Virus record (IMG/VR): IMGVR_UViG_3300036852_000324
Span: 1 to 52,070 of that record
Reading direction: 5' to 3' (one strand)
DNA length: 52,070 nt
Source of the DNA: a virus
Taxonomy: Duplodnaviria > Caudoviricetes
Shown here: positions 8,297 to 17,729 of the stretch, piece by piece
Numbering within the stretch: the first letter of the stretch is position 1
Layout: every line of letters begins with the position of its first letter
Made by a program: the position numbers and the translations under genes
The notes under the pieces: generated by a model
Database searches by the model: none
What the model was told of the DNA's origin: nothing
What the model saw: the letters and a program-made list of their open reading frames with translations, nothing else

Positions 8297-9628
8297 GTGA
8301 GCGCCGCCCTAGCTGCCCGTCCGTATCTCCGTCAGCCGTCTCCGGCGTGCCTCCTCAACGAGAACGGTCGTCCGCTGCCAGCGTCTGGGCGCCGCCCGGT
8401 CGCGCCGATGGCCGTTGCGGCGGAGACCTACAACACGCACCCGGCCTTCGACCTGACGCTGGAGATGCTGCTGTCGTACTACCGTAACGCGGAGCGCGGT
8501 CAGCCATTGCGCCAGATGGATTGCTTCCACGACATCATCGAGATGGATCCGGATCTTCGATCGAAGATCAACGACCGCATCGAGAGCGTATCCGGCTGCG
8601 ACTGGGTTGTGATGTCGGGCGGAACCGACAAGCCGAGCGAGATGGCGGCGGCGGAGCTGAACTATCGCCTCCAGAACCAGATCAAGTTCCGCACGTATCT
8701 GACGCACCAGCTGACCGCGGTCGCGTACGGCTTCGCTCCAACCAACATCGTTTGGGATATGGAGGAGGGCGTCGTTTGCCCGTGCGACTTCGTGAATCCC
8801 GCTGCGCGCCGCTTCGCGTCACCCGGGTCCGATCGCGCGGCCGAGCTGTGGCTGTTCGACCCGGATCGCAGCCAGCTGATCGAGCTGACGCCGGGCCTGT
8901 GGTCGACCAGCATCTACCGGAACATCCTGTCGAGGAACCCGTATGCCGGCGGGCTCATGCGGTCGGGCGCCGTGTGGGCGATGTTCAAGAGATGGGGGGT
9001 TCGCGACTGGCAGATCTTCGCGGCCATGTTCGGGATCCCGATGGCGATCGGGTACTACGAGGAGGGCGCCGGCGGAGAGTCTCGGCTGGCACTGGAGAAC
9101 GCGGTTCGATCGATCGGCCAGGACGGCTACGCGATCCTTAGCGCGCTGACCGAGGTCGTGGTCAAGGAGACCGCGCGCGGCGGAGATTCCTCGACGGTCT
9201 ATCCACAGATCATCAAGCTCTGTGAAGAACAGATCGCGAAGCTGTTCACGGGCGGCACGCTCAACACCGACGTGGCCGGAGTCGGCTCGTACAACGCGGC
9301 ATCGGTCCACGAGAGCCGGTCGTACGCCCAGAAGTGCTACGACGCGCAGATGCTGCAGGAGACGTTCACCGCAACGATCGCCTGCTACTTCAATGCGTGG
9401 AACGGCTACGACCGCGCGGCGCCGCCGCGCCTGAAGATCAAGATCCGCCGGGATGCCCTGCAGTGGGCGCAGACCCTCGAGATCCTCGGGATGGCCGTCC
9501 CTCTGTCGAAGTCCCAGATCCAGGAGGACTTCAACCTCCGCGAGCCCTCGGGTCCCGACGACACCGTGAAGTTCGAGGCGACCAAGCCACCCGACCCGGG
9601 TCACGCTCGGGAGGAGAAGAAGCGATGA
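8297..9628 (+). CDS. Portal protein, Mu gp29/DUF935-like
   Basis: DWQIFAAMFGIP, QIAKLFTGGTL, SYNAASVH motifs typical of DUF935; position after TerL. Confidence 0.85.
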   Translation: MSAALAARPYLRQPSPACLLNENGRPLPASGRRPVAPMAVAAETYNTHPAFDLTLEMLLSYYRNAERGQPLRQMDCFHDIIEMDPDLRSKINDRIESVSGCDWVVMSGGTDKPSEMAAAELNYRLQNQIKFRTYLTHQLTAVAYGFAPTNIVWDMEEGVVCPCDFVNPAARRFASPGSDRAAELWLFDPDRSQLIELTPGLWSTSIYRNILSRNPYAGGLMRSGAVWAMFKRWGVRDWQIFAAMFGIPMAIGYYEEGAGGESRLALENAVRSIGQDGYAILSALTEVVVKETARGGDSSTVYPQIIKLCEEQIAKLFTGGTLNTDVAGVGSYNAASVHESRSYAQKCYDAQMLQETFTATIACYFNAWNGYDRAAPPRLKIKIRRDALQWAQTLEILGMAVPLSKSQIQEDFNLREPSGPDDTVKFEATKPPDPGHAREEKKR

Positions 9629-10950
9629 GCCGATCCGAGAGTCCCAGGATTGTTGCGTGCCGAGGAGACGAGGAGCTACTCGTCGAGCGCACGGCCGGCG
9701 GATTGTCGTTCCTGTCCGATATCGAGATCTATGGGCAAGCGCCGCCCGTTCGCGAACTTAAGGCCGGCGGCGGCGAGGACGTGAATGCTCATCGGCTGGA
9801 GGTCATCCAGGCGGTCTCGGACGGAAAGCGCCTCGAGCTGGTCGTGAAGCGCGCGCTGGCGTACCGGCAGCCCAAGGGCAAGCCAAACCGCAGACATCTG
9901 CGGTTTGCTGAGGATCAGCTCGAACCGAACGCGTCGAGCTGGAAGGGCCAGCCGTTCCTGGTCGACCACAACACCTACGAGCAGTCCGCTCGGAAGGGGT
10001 CGATCCTGACCAGCGAGTTCGACCTCGACGGCAAGGGCGCCCCGGCGCTGTTCATGGGGTTCTCGGTCGTGAAGCCCGACGCCATCATCTCGGTCCTGGA
10101 CGGAACCATCGACCGGTTCTCCATCGGCTGGTTCTCTACCGGTCCGGTTCTTTGCTCGGTCCACGGCTGCGACGTGAAGTCCGCCGATGCCTGTCACTGC
10201 TGGCCCGGAGATTCGGTCAAGCTTGACGGGAAAGAAAAAATCGTCGAATACGAATACCAGGCCTTCAAGGGCAAGGAACTTTCAGCCGTCAACGTCCCCG
10301 CCGTCATCGGCACCAGGATCGAAGAATTTCATGCGGCGCTGACCGCCGAGCTTGACCTACCACCCCGCAGAACGACGACACCCAAGGAGAGATCGATGGC
10401 ATTCAACAAGCTCGCGGCGGCCCTGGCGCTGACCGCATTGGCCGAGGGTCCCGACGAGGACCGCGCGGTCACCGCAGTGGAGGGCCTGCGACAACGCGCC
10501 TCCGCCGCGGAGCTGGACGCCGGCACCCTCCGCAAGGAGAACGAGCGTCTTACCGCGGAGCTGGGGATCCAGACCGCGCTGGCCGCTCGCGCCGCCACCG
10601 AGGCTGTCGACGCCTTGATCGCTGACGGCTACAAGACCGGCAAGCTGTCCTACGGCAAGGACGCCGAGGGCAAGAACACGCCAGACGCCCTCGAGCCCCT
10701 CCTTCGCGACTACGGCAAGGCCGCGGGTCGAGATGCCCTGGCGGCGAAGCTGACCGCGATGCGGTCGGTCGTCCCCATCGGACAGCGCCCGCTGGAAGGC
10801 GTGTCCGAGCCCGCGAAGACGACGCTCTCGTCGGTCCCGAGCGATGCCCAGCTCGCCGCAACGGCCGCGCAGCTCAACGTACCGCTCAACGACCTCCGCG
10901 CCCAATACGGCCTCGCCCCAGTCGGTCAGGTCGCAGGGGGTGCGCGATGA
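9625..10950 (+). CDS. Prohead protease/scaffold protein
   Basis: FLVDH, RFSIGW, ELSAVNVPA protease motifs; Ala-rich helical C-terminal scaffold with an internal SD+ATG at 10396. Confidence 0.8.
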   Translation: MSRSESPRIVACRGDEELLVERTAGGLSFLSDIEIYGQAPPVRELKAGGGEDVNAHRLEVIQAVSDGKRLELVVKRALAYRQPKGKPNRRHLRFAEDQLEPNASSWKGQPFLVDHNTYEQSARKGSILTSEFDLDGKGAPALFMGFSVVKPDAIISVLDGTIDRFSIGWFSTGPVLCSVHGCDVKSADACHCWPGDSVKLDGKEKIVEYEYQAFKGKELSAVNVPAVIGTRIEEFHAALTAELDLPPRRTTTPKERSMAFNKLAAALALTALAEGPDEDRAVTAVEGLRQRASAAELDAGTLRKENERLTAELGIQTALAARAATEAVDALIADGYKTGKLSYGKDAEGKNTPDALEPLLRDYGKAAGRDALAAKLTAMRSVVPIGQRPLEGVSEPAKTTLSSVPSDAQLAATAAQLNVPLNDLRAQYGLAPVGQVAGGAR

Positions 10951-11372
10951 CCGCCACCACGGTCGACCGCTCCACCAAGGAGTCATGGTCGGACGGCATG
11001 ATCTGGCCGATCCCACTGACGGCCTCCACGAAGATCCCGCGCGGCGTGATCGTCATGGTGATCTCGGGGACTGGTACCGCGCTGAACGGCGCCGACACGG
11101 CGAACGGGATCGTGATGGGGATCTCGACCCAGCTGGTCGATACGGTCCTCGGCCATACCGTATGCCCGGTCAAGAAGGGTCGGTTCTGGTTCGCCAACGA
11201 CGGGACGGTCCTGGCGGCCAATATCGGCCAGCAGGCGACCGTTCTGGACAACCAGACCGTATCGATCGCGGCGACCACCACGAACGACATCATCTGCGGT
11301 GTCATCCTGGCGGTGGACTCCATCGACGGGGTCCTGATCGACATGGCCGGCAACAAGATCGGAGCGGTGTAG
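10947..11372 (+). CDS. Head decoration/cement protein
   Basis: ~140-aa beta-rich protein between protease and major capsid, as in Mu-like phages. Confidence 0.65.
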   Translation: MTATTVDRSTKESWSDGMIWPIPLTASTKIPRGVIVMVISGTGTALNGADTANGIVMGISTQLVDTVLGHTVCPVKKGRFWFANDGTVLAANIGQQATVLDNQTVSIAATTTNDIICGVILAVDSIDGVLIDMAGNKIGAV

Positions 11373-11375
11373 CTC

Positions 11376-12500
11376 ATGGGCATGCAACTCCAGGATGAGA
11401 TCGTTCGCTCCGGCCCCGCGCTGCGTCCGGTGTTCCGTCGCGCGCTACTGGGCCACGGCGGATCGGCGCTCGACCTCGCATCACAGCGACTTCCGGCCAG
11501 CCTCCCCCAGCTCGCCGACACCACGGTCAACACCGGCATCCGCATCGGCGGCAGCTCGCCGGACGAGCAGAAGGTGGAGGCTGCGTATGTCGGGTTCAAT
11601 ACCCGACTAAACGGCCGGATGCAGACCTACGAGAGCTTCTTCGCGAAGCTCGCGACCGTGGTCGACTCCCCCAATCTGATCGACCGGACGATCTGGCTCA
11701 ACGCGCTGCCCGTGATGCGCCTGTGGACCGGCCCGAAGGTCGTCGACCGGGTCTCGGCCGAGTCACATCCGATCGTGACCAGGCCGCACGAGGCGTCGCT
11801 CGGCATCGGCAAGGGCACGCTGCTCAACGACCAGCTCGGTCTGTATGGCCGCGCGATCGATGGTCTCGCGGACGCGTATCCCAACGCTCTCGATGATCTG
11901 GTCGTCACGATGCTCTGCGCCGGAATTCAGGGAACGGCGCTGGGCGCCACCTACGATGGGCAGAACCTGATCGACACCGATCACACGTTCCGCTCGGCGG
12001 ACACCGGCGTGGCGGCGTTCCAGTACTCCAACAAGGAGACCGGGGCGTTCTCGGCGGCGGTGTTCCAGTCGGCCGTCAACAAGTACAAGCTGCTGAAGAA
12101 CGAGAAGGGGATCCCGGTCAACGTCGGCAAGGGCCAGATGATGCTGGTCCACGGTCCGGCGAACCGCATCCCGGTCCGCAATGTCCTGAAGCAGGACATC
12201 GCCACCGGCCTGGTCCAGAACCTGGACAAGGACACCGCGATCCCGGTCGAGGTCCCCTGGATCCAGGCCCGCACGACCCGCGTCCTCGGCACCAGCGTCA
12301 CCCTGACCGGGCTCGAGTGGTTCCTGATGCCAATGGGATCGACCGCTGTCATCCTTCAGCGCAAGCGGGCCGTCGAGTTCCTGTCGGTCGAAGAGGGCTA
12401 CCAGGCCTTCATGACCGGCGAGTACTACTACGGAATCGAAGCGGAATTCGGCGCGGCCTACGGACTTCCGCAAGAGATCGTGGGCGGTCCCGGCTCGTAG
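11376..12500 (+). CDS. Major capsid protein, Mu gpT-like
   Basis: MRLWTGPK, NDQLGLY, YDGQNLIDTDH and AAYGLPQ match Mu-like gpT motifs. Confidence 0.85.
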   Translation: MGMQLQDEIVRSGPALRPVFRRALLGHGGSALDLASQRLPASLPQLADTTVNTGIRIGGSSPDEQKVEAAYVGFNTRLNGRMQTYESFFAKLATVVDSPNLIDRTIWLNALPVMRLWTGPKVVDRVSAESHPIVTRPHEASLGIGKGTLLNDQLGLYGRAIDGLADAYPNALDDLVVTMLCAGIQGTALGATYDGQNLIDTDHTFRSADTGVAAFQYSNKETGAFSAAVFQSAVNKYKLLKNEKGIPVNVGKGQMMLVHGPANRIPVRNVLKQDIATGLVQNLDKDTAIPVEVPWIQARTTRVLGTSVTLTGLEWFLMPMGSTAVILQRKRAVEFLSVEEGYQAFMTGEYYYGIEAEFGAAYGLPQEIVGGPGS

Positions 12501-12584
12501 TCATTACTGGTCAAAAAACCTGAAGTGACCGCGTATTTTTGAGGGCGACCCGACATACAAGCGAAGCGGTATAACCGGAGCACC

Positions 12585-13154
12585 ATGAATCAATTCGTCC
12601 AAGTAGAAGTGCTCGACCCCGAGGAGGCTGCCCGTCGCCTGGCCGAGCAACAGGCCGCCCAGGAGACAAGAGAGCGCGCCCGACTCGCCGCCGAGAATCG
12701 CGCCAAGGGATACGCCAAGCCATCGCCCGGCGACCACCTGTACGTCATGTCGGCCCGGGGAATTCCGCAGCGTTCGCGCGCGGGCTGCACCTTCAACCAC
12801 GACAAGCGCGTCGAGGTCGTGGTGGTGGAGGACGGTCAGCCGATCGGTCCCACGATGGACGGCGCGACCCACACCGGTGGATACTCGGTCGACGTCAACG
12901 GCGCAGAGATGATCCTCGCCGACAACGCCCTGTCAGTGACGACACAGGGCGCCACCGAGTTCGATGCTAGCGAGCTGCGCAAGCAGCTGGCAGCCAAGGA
13001 CGCCGAGATCGAGCGCCTCAAGGCTACCCACGCGCGCGAGCTGCGCGATGCGCGGATGGGGGCGAAGGACACCGGAGACGGCCGGCCCGCGCGGCTCGAC
13101 GCCGCCCGCAAGGTCAAGGGCGGGACCGATCCCGACTTCGGGGCGGACAAGTAG
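12585..13154 (+). CDS. Hypothetical virion-associated protein
   Basis: GGAG SD; between capsid and gp36-like gene. Confidence 0.65.
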   Translation: MNQFVQVEVLDPEEAARRLAEQQAAQETRERARLAAENRAKGYAKPSPGDHLYVMSARGIPQRSRAGCTFNHDKRVEVVVVEDGQPIGPTMDGATHTGGYSVDVNGAEMILADNALSVTTQGATEFDASELRKQLAAKDAEIERLKATHARELRDARMGAKDTGDGRPARLDAARKVKGGTDPDFGADK

Positions 13155-13160
13155 TTCACC

Positions 13161-13607
13161 ATGGCGTACTGCACGCAGGCGGACGTTCAGGTCGCGGTGG
13201 GCGGAGCGATCAAGCTCGCCCAGCTGTCGGACCAGGACAACCTGCTTGCGGGCGGCGTCAATACGTCCGCGGTCTCCGCCGCGATCGCCGAGGCCTGCGC
13301 GGAGATGGACTCGTACATCGGTCATCGCTATGCGGTCCCGCTGTCTCCGGTTCCGCTGACCGTCGCCTCCAAGGCGGCGGCGTGGGCCGCTCGCGTGCTC
13401 CGGCGTAACGCATACAACGGCCAGCCGCTCATCGACGACATCGACCGGGAGAAGATCGATCGCGAGTGGCTCGATGGCGTCGCCGACGGGACCATTTCGC
13501 TCGGCATCGAGCCGACGCCAGTCAAGGCCTCGATCGTCAACGACAAGGCCGGCCTACGAGACCCGACCCTGATCGTCTCTCGCCTGCGCCTCCGGGGATA
13601 CGCGTGA
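13161..13607 (+). CDS. Head-tail adaptor, Mu gp36/DUF1320-like
   Basis: MAYCT..D, MDSYIGHRYAVPL, WLDGVADGTISLG. Confidence 0.85.
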   Translation: MAYCTQADVQVAVGGAIKLAQLSDQDNLLAGGVNTSAVSAAIAEACAEMDSYIGHRYAVPLSPVPLTVASKAAAWAARVLRRNAYNGQPLIDDIDREKIDREWLDGVADGTISLGIEPTPVKASIVNDKAGLRDPTLIVSRLRLRGYA

Positions 13608-14086
13608 GGCTGGCCGATATCAGGGCCGTGGTCCGATTCGGTTCGGTCCTGAACATGTTCGATCGCCTGCGCAAGGTCGACATCAAGGACGCGTTCCTCG
13701 AGCTGCGCGGCCCCGCGGTCTTCGATCAGCGTCATCACTGGCGCAAGGACGAAGCCCCCGACGGACGATGGCCGGGACTGGCCGCCAGTACCCTCGAGAG
13801 ACGAACGCGCAAGCGGGGCCGGGCGAAGAACGGGAGACAGCAGAGCTGGCCAAGGAAGCTCCTCGGCCGGTTCCCCACGGCCATGCAGTCGATCGCGACC
13901 ACGAGGTCCCTGATCGTGCGCTCGCGCGTCAAGCGCTTCTCGATGGTCCACCAGGAGGGCGGTCGGGCCGGACACGGAGCGCGCATCCCGCGCCGCCAGT
14001 ACATGTGGATCTCGGATTGGCTACGCGCTCAGGCGGTTGAGCGATTCAAGAAGGCCCTCGTGCTCGCCGCCCGACGGGGGACTTGA
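13604..14086 (+). CDS. Phage virion morphogenesis protein (Mu gpG/P2 gpS-like)
   Basis: PDGRWPGLAAST, VHQEGG, IPRRQYM motifs. Confidence 0.8.
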   Translation: MRLADIRAVVRFGSVLNMFDRLRKVDIKDAFLELRGPAVFDQRHHWRKDEAPDGRWPGLAASTLERRTRKRGRAKNGRQQSWPRKLLGRFPTAMQSIATTRSLIVRSRVKRFSMVHQEGGRAGHGARIPRRQYMWISDWLRAQAVERFKKALVLAARRGT

Positions 14087-14757
14087 TGTCCCACCAGTTC
14101 GATACCGCGGCACTCCGTCCGCAGCGCACGCGGATCCAGCAGGGCGCCGTTACCACGCTGGCGGGACTGAAGAAGTCCAACGGCGGATACCTCGTCGAGG
14201 TGATGCCGTTCCCGATCACGCTGCACCGCGACAGCCACCCCGAGGAGGTCGCCCAGTTCGTCCTCGCGCTCAGTCGGGCCCCGTCGATTGCCGTTGCCTT
14301 GGGCGACCGGGATAGTCAGGTCCGATCGATCGGTGGTTACAGCGAATGGGGCGACATCTCGGTGCACGTCTACTTCTCCTCGACCAACGCCCGCAACCCG
14401 CAGGTCGGTCGCCAGGAGACGGACACCGCCGGCCTGGCCAACGACCAGGCCGACCCGGGGTTGCACGTCATCCTCGACCACGCCAAGGAGTTGCTCATCG
14501 GTCAGCGCTTCGCCGCCGGCACGGACATCAAGCAATGCCGTCCGCACATGGAACGGCAGCTCATCAGCGAGCAGCAGATCACGATCTGGGAGCAGATCTA
14601 CAAGGTCGCGGTCATGGTCCAGATCTCGGAATTCCGCACGGTCTCGCAGCTGCTGACATCTCTCCGATTCCGTACCGCCATTGAGCCGACCGAGGTCCCG
14701 CTTCCCGCGACCAAGATCGATCACGCAACCGTCGACATCAACGTGGACCTCACGTAG
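14083..14757 (+). CDS. Tail completion/terminator-like protein (Mu gp37 position)
   Basis: Synteny upstream of sheath; size and composition. Confidence 0.55.
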   Translation: MMSHQFDTAALRPQRTRIQQGAVTTLAGLKKSNGGYLVEVMPFPITLHRDSHPEEVAQFVLALSRAPSIAVALGDRDSQVRSIGGYSEWGDISVHVYFSSTNARNPQVGRQETDTAGLANDQADPGLHVILDHAKELLIGQRFAAGTDIKQCRPHMERQLISEQQITIWEQIYKVAVMVQISEFRTVSQLLTSLRFRTAIEPTEVPLPATKIDHATVDINVDLT

Positions 14758-14764
14758 GAGCACA

Positions 14765-15130
14765 ATGCCTGCCCCCGAATACATCACCGTCACTGCGCCG
14801 CCTGGCCGCCAGACCCCGGTCCACAAGTCCGACGGCGTGGAGTTCGGCGGAGGAGGTCTGCTCTACGTGATCGCTGGCCAGGTCGTCCGGGTCCGCTACG
14901 CCAAGTCACAGACCATTCGCCGCTCGATCGGTCGCGGCGACCTCATCCCATGCGACATGAACGGAGCCGCCTGTGGCGTCGAGCTGGCGGCGGCGCCCGA
15001 GGAGCTTCCCGATGGGAGGATCGTCCTGAACGAGAAGGAGCCCGCGACCGTCATGGCCGAGGAATTCACTCCGGCGCGGTCTCGCGCCATGGCTGATACC
15101 ATGTCCTCGACCGGAAGGACCCCGAAGTGA
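14765..15130 (+). CDS. Mu gp38/DUF2635-like small protein
   Basis: VTAPPGR...RRSIGRGDL pattern; AGGAG SD; directly before sheath. Confidence 0.55.
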   Translation: MPAPEYITVTAPPGRQTPVHKSDGVEFGGGGLLYVIAGQVVRVRYAKSQTIRRSIGRGDLIPCDMNGAACGVELAAAPEELPDGRIVLNEKEPATVMAEEFTPARSRAMADTMSSTGRTPK

Positions 15131-16599
15131 GCATCCAGACCAACGTTCCGAACAGCCTCCTGCGACCGCAGACGTTCCACACGTTCACGTTCCTCCGAGC
15201 ATCGGGCAAGCTGACCAACGTGCCCATCCGGGTCGCCCTGATCGGCGCGAAGCTCACGACCGGCGCGACCGCCACGGCCGGTGTGGTCTACGACATGACC
15301 GGTCTCACTGCGACCGACGGAGATGCGCTGTTCGGAATCAGCTCCGAGCTTGCGCTGATGCACCGCCAGTCGATCGCATCGGCAAGCCTTCACGGCGCTG
15401 GCCCGCGCGTGTTCTGCGTCCCGGTCGCCGAGTCGGTCGGTGTGGCCAACGTCCAGACGATCACGTGCGTCGGGACCGCCACCGTGGACGGAAACCAGAC
15501 GATCGTGGTGGCCGGACGGGTATTCATCGTCGGTGTCCCGAGCGGGACCACGCAGAACAACAACGCCGCCGCGATCTCGAACGCGCTCAAGGCGCGCGCG
15601 GCCGAGCTTCCGGTGATCGTCACGGTCGCCACCAACGTCGTCACGCTGACCCACGCCACCAAGGGCATCAACGGCGTGGACGTCAAGGTGACCGTGAACC
15701 AGCAGGTCACCGGCATCGTGGCGACCGTGGCCACCACGGTCTCGGGGACCTCCGTAACCGACCACCAGCCGGCGCTCGATGCGCTCGCGCCGCTGCGCTA
15801 CGACGGGATCGTGTTCGCGAACCACGCGAGCGCCGACATCACCGAGATCAACTCGGACATCCTGGTCCGCTGGGGTGCATCGTCCAAGACGTGGGCGATC
15901 TACTTCGTCGGAGAACCCGGCACCATCGGAACGGCGACCGCGCTCGCCGCGGCGGCCAACGACAAGGCCGTCCAGATCGCGAGCATGGAGGGATGCCTGA
16001 ACACGGCCGGCGAGATGGCAACCGCGCACTGCATGATGGTGTACTCGCGCGAGCGCCTCAACGCGTCGTACGACGGCGTGAAGGTCCCACTGTACCCGCC
16101 CGCGATCGGACTGATCTACACGCCAGCGGAGGTCGAGACCGCGCTCGCCGCCGGGCTGACGCCGTTCACGGCGGTCCTGGATTCGACCGGGTCCCTTACG
16201 CTGAACCGCGCCAAGTGCGAACGGGCCGTCACCTCGCACACCACGCAGTCCTCGCAGCCCGATGACAAGGTCCGAGATATCGCCATGCCTCGCACGGTCG
16301 TCGGAATCGCGATCCAGATCGACATCGCCGCGGAGGAGCGGTTCGGATCGGACGCTAACCCGAACGGGGTTCGCCAGAGCACGGACACCGACAAGCTCAT
16401 CAAGAAGATGTGGGCCGCTATCGCCCGTGCCGAGGCTGCCGATCAGGTCCTCGATCCCGACCAGGTCGAGGCTGACATCGCCGCCACCGAGGTCGAGCAC
16501 GACAGCGTCGTCGGAGGCCGTTCGAATACGGCGATCTTCTATCACATCCTCGGAAGCCAGCATCAAATCGTCTGGCAGCACAACGTCACGGTTCCGTAA
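15127..16599 (+). CDS. Tail sheath protein, Mu gpL-like
   Basis: N-terminal VPNSLLRP, ALFGISSELALM, ALAAGLTPF; 490 aa. Confidence 0.85.
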   Translation: MSIQTNVPNSLLRPQTFHTFTFLRASGKLTNVPIRVALIGAKLTTGATATAGVVYDMTGLTATDGDALFGISSELALMHRQSIASASLHGAGPRVFCVPVAESVGVANVQTITCVGTATVDGNQTIVVAGRVFIVGVPSGTTQNNNAAAISNALKARAAELPVIVTVATNVVTLTHATKGINGVDVKVTVNQQVTGIVATVATTVSGTSVTDHQPALDALAPLRYDGIVFANHASADITEINSDILVRWGASSKTWAIYFVGEPGTIGTATALAAAANDKAVQIASMEGCLNTAGEMATAHCMMVYSRERLNASYDGVKVPLYPPAIGLIYTPAEVETALAAGLTPFTAVLDSTGSLTLNRAKCERAVTSHTTQSSQPDDKVRDIAMPRTVVGIAIQIDIAAEERFGSDANPNGVRQSTDTDKLIKKMWAAIARAEAADQVLDPDQVEADIAATEVEHDSVVGGRSNTAIFYHILGSQHQIVWQHNVTVP

Positions 16600-16608
16600 A
16601 GGAGCAGC

Positions 16609-17028
16609 ATGGCCGGTCCAGTACCAGCGAACTTCGTTTCACAGGGCAAGATCTTCGTCGACATGCCCGGTCCGCGCGGCGCGTCCAAGCAGCTCCTCAC
16701 CGTCTCCAAGTTCGACGCCAAGGAGGACGGCTCGGTCGATGTCGTGACCACGATCGGCGTGAACGGCGGTGCCGGATGGCGTAAGAAACAGGGCGGTTTC
16801 AAGATCTCAATGACGTGCATCCGAACGGTCGGACAGGCCCCTGAAGTCGACTGGGACTACGCCAAGGAGACCGACAAGGTGTTCACGATCTCGACGGAGG
16901 ACGAGCTGGACGGCCGCATCAGGAACTACCTGTGCAGGGTCAGCAAGACCGACTCGTCCGAGGACGATCAAGGCGCGTTCGAGGATCAGATCGAGCTGGC
17001 GGCGCTCTCTCGAGTCAACGACCAATAG
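16609..17028 (+). CDS. Tail tube protein
   Basis: AAGGAG SD; 139 aa directly after sheath. Confidence 0.7.
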   Translation: MAGPVPANFVSQGKIFVDMPGPRGASKQLLTVSKFDAKEDGSVDVVTTIGVNGGAGWRKKQGGFKISMTCIRTVGQAPEVDWDYAKETDKVFTISTEDELDGRIRNYLCRVSKTDSSEDDQGAFEDQIELAALSRVNDQ

Positions 17029-17031
17029 CCC

Positions 17032-17610
17032 ATGACCCTCCTCGCCAGAAAGCAAGCAGAGGCCAAGGCCGCCGCGGTGACCGCGGAGCCCGAGACCATG
17101 CTGTCTCGCGCCCGCGCCACCACGCCGCGCGGCGAGCTGACGACCATGCCCCTCCTGGGTCCAGTCTGGATCGAGCTGGCCGGAGAGATGGTGGTCGACG
17201 AAATCGAAGGCGCCGTGTTCGCCGCCATGAAGGCTCTGGACCTCCCGCCCAATGGGATCAACGCGCTGACCTACGACAACCGGCGCACCGCGCTCACGCT
17301 CGCGTGGGCGGTCCGCGATCCCAACAACCACGAGGTCCGCGCCGGCACGCAAGAGCAGTGGACTTCGATGGACATTGATCTCCTGACCGCATGCGGGTTC
17401 GTCTACAACGACGTGCGCGAGCGGCTGAACCCGGTAGGGATGCCCACCCTGACCCGGGATCTTCTGGACCAGATCCGCTACGGGATCGAAAAAAAAAATC
17501 CAATGCTCTTGCGGTCTGTCGGCGTCGTTGCGCTGTCGCTCTATCTGCTTACTGGGGTCGACCCGCCTGCGAGCTTACCGACGATGCCGTCCTCGACTGG
17601 GGAATCGTAG
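17032..17610 (+). CDS. Tail assembly chaperone (G form)
   Basis: Between tube and tape measure; contains A10 slippery run at 17489-17498. Confidence 0.7.
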   Translation: MTLLARKQAEAKAAAVTAEPETMLSRARATTPRGELTTMPLLGPVWIELAGEMVVDEIEGAVFAAMKALDLPPNGINALTYDNRRTALTLAWAVRDPNNHEVRAGTQEQWTSMDIDLLTACGFVYNDVRERLNPVGMPTLTRDLLDQIRYGIEKKNPMLLRSVGVVALSLYLLTGVDPPASLPTMPSSTGES

Positions 17611-17729
17611 TCGGCGAGATCCCCACGGTCGCCGAGTCCCGCAAGGGTCGGGGATCGAGCGATGAGGAGCCTCCACCGGGCGTACGCCGGTTCATCAACA
17701 CGGCGTTCGACGGAATGGCTGGCGCATGA
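17032..17729 (+). CDS. Tail assembly chaperone GT form via programmed -1 frameshift
   Basis: A-AAA-AAA heptamer in GAA AAA AAA AAT; -1 frame open to TGA 17729 overlapping tape-measure ATG. Confidence 0.7.

Noticed and set aside
14896-16581. 561-aa - strand ORF (and similar long shadow ORFs such as 7222..8487, 18224..19195, 39690..40706, 44490..45563)
   Set aside because: Antisense or off-frame shadows of well-supported genes, expected in high-GC DNA; no motifs
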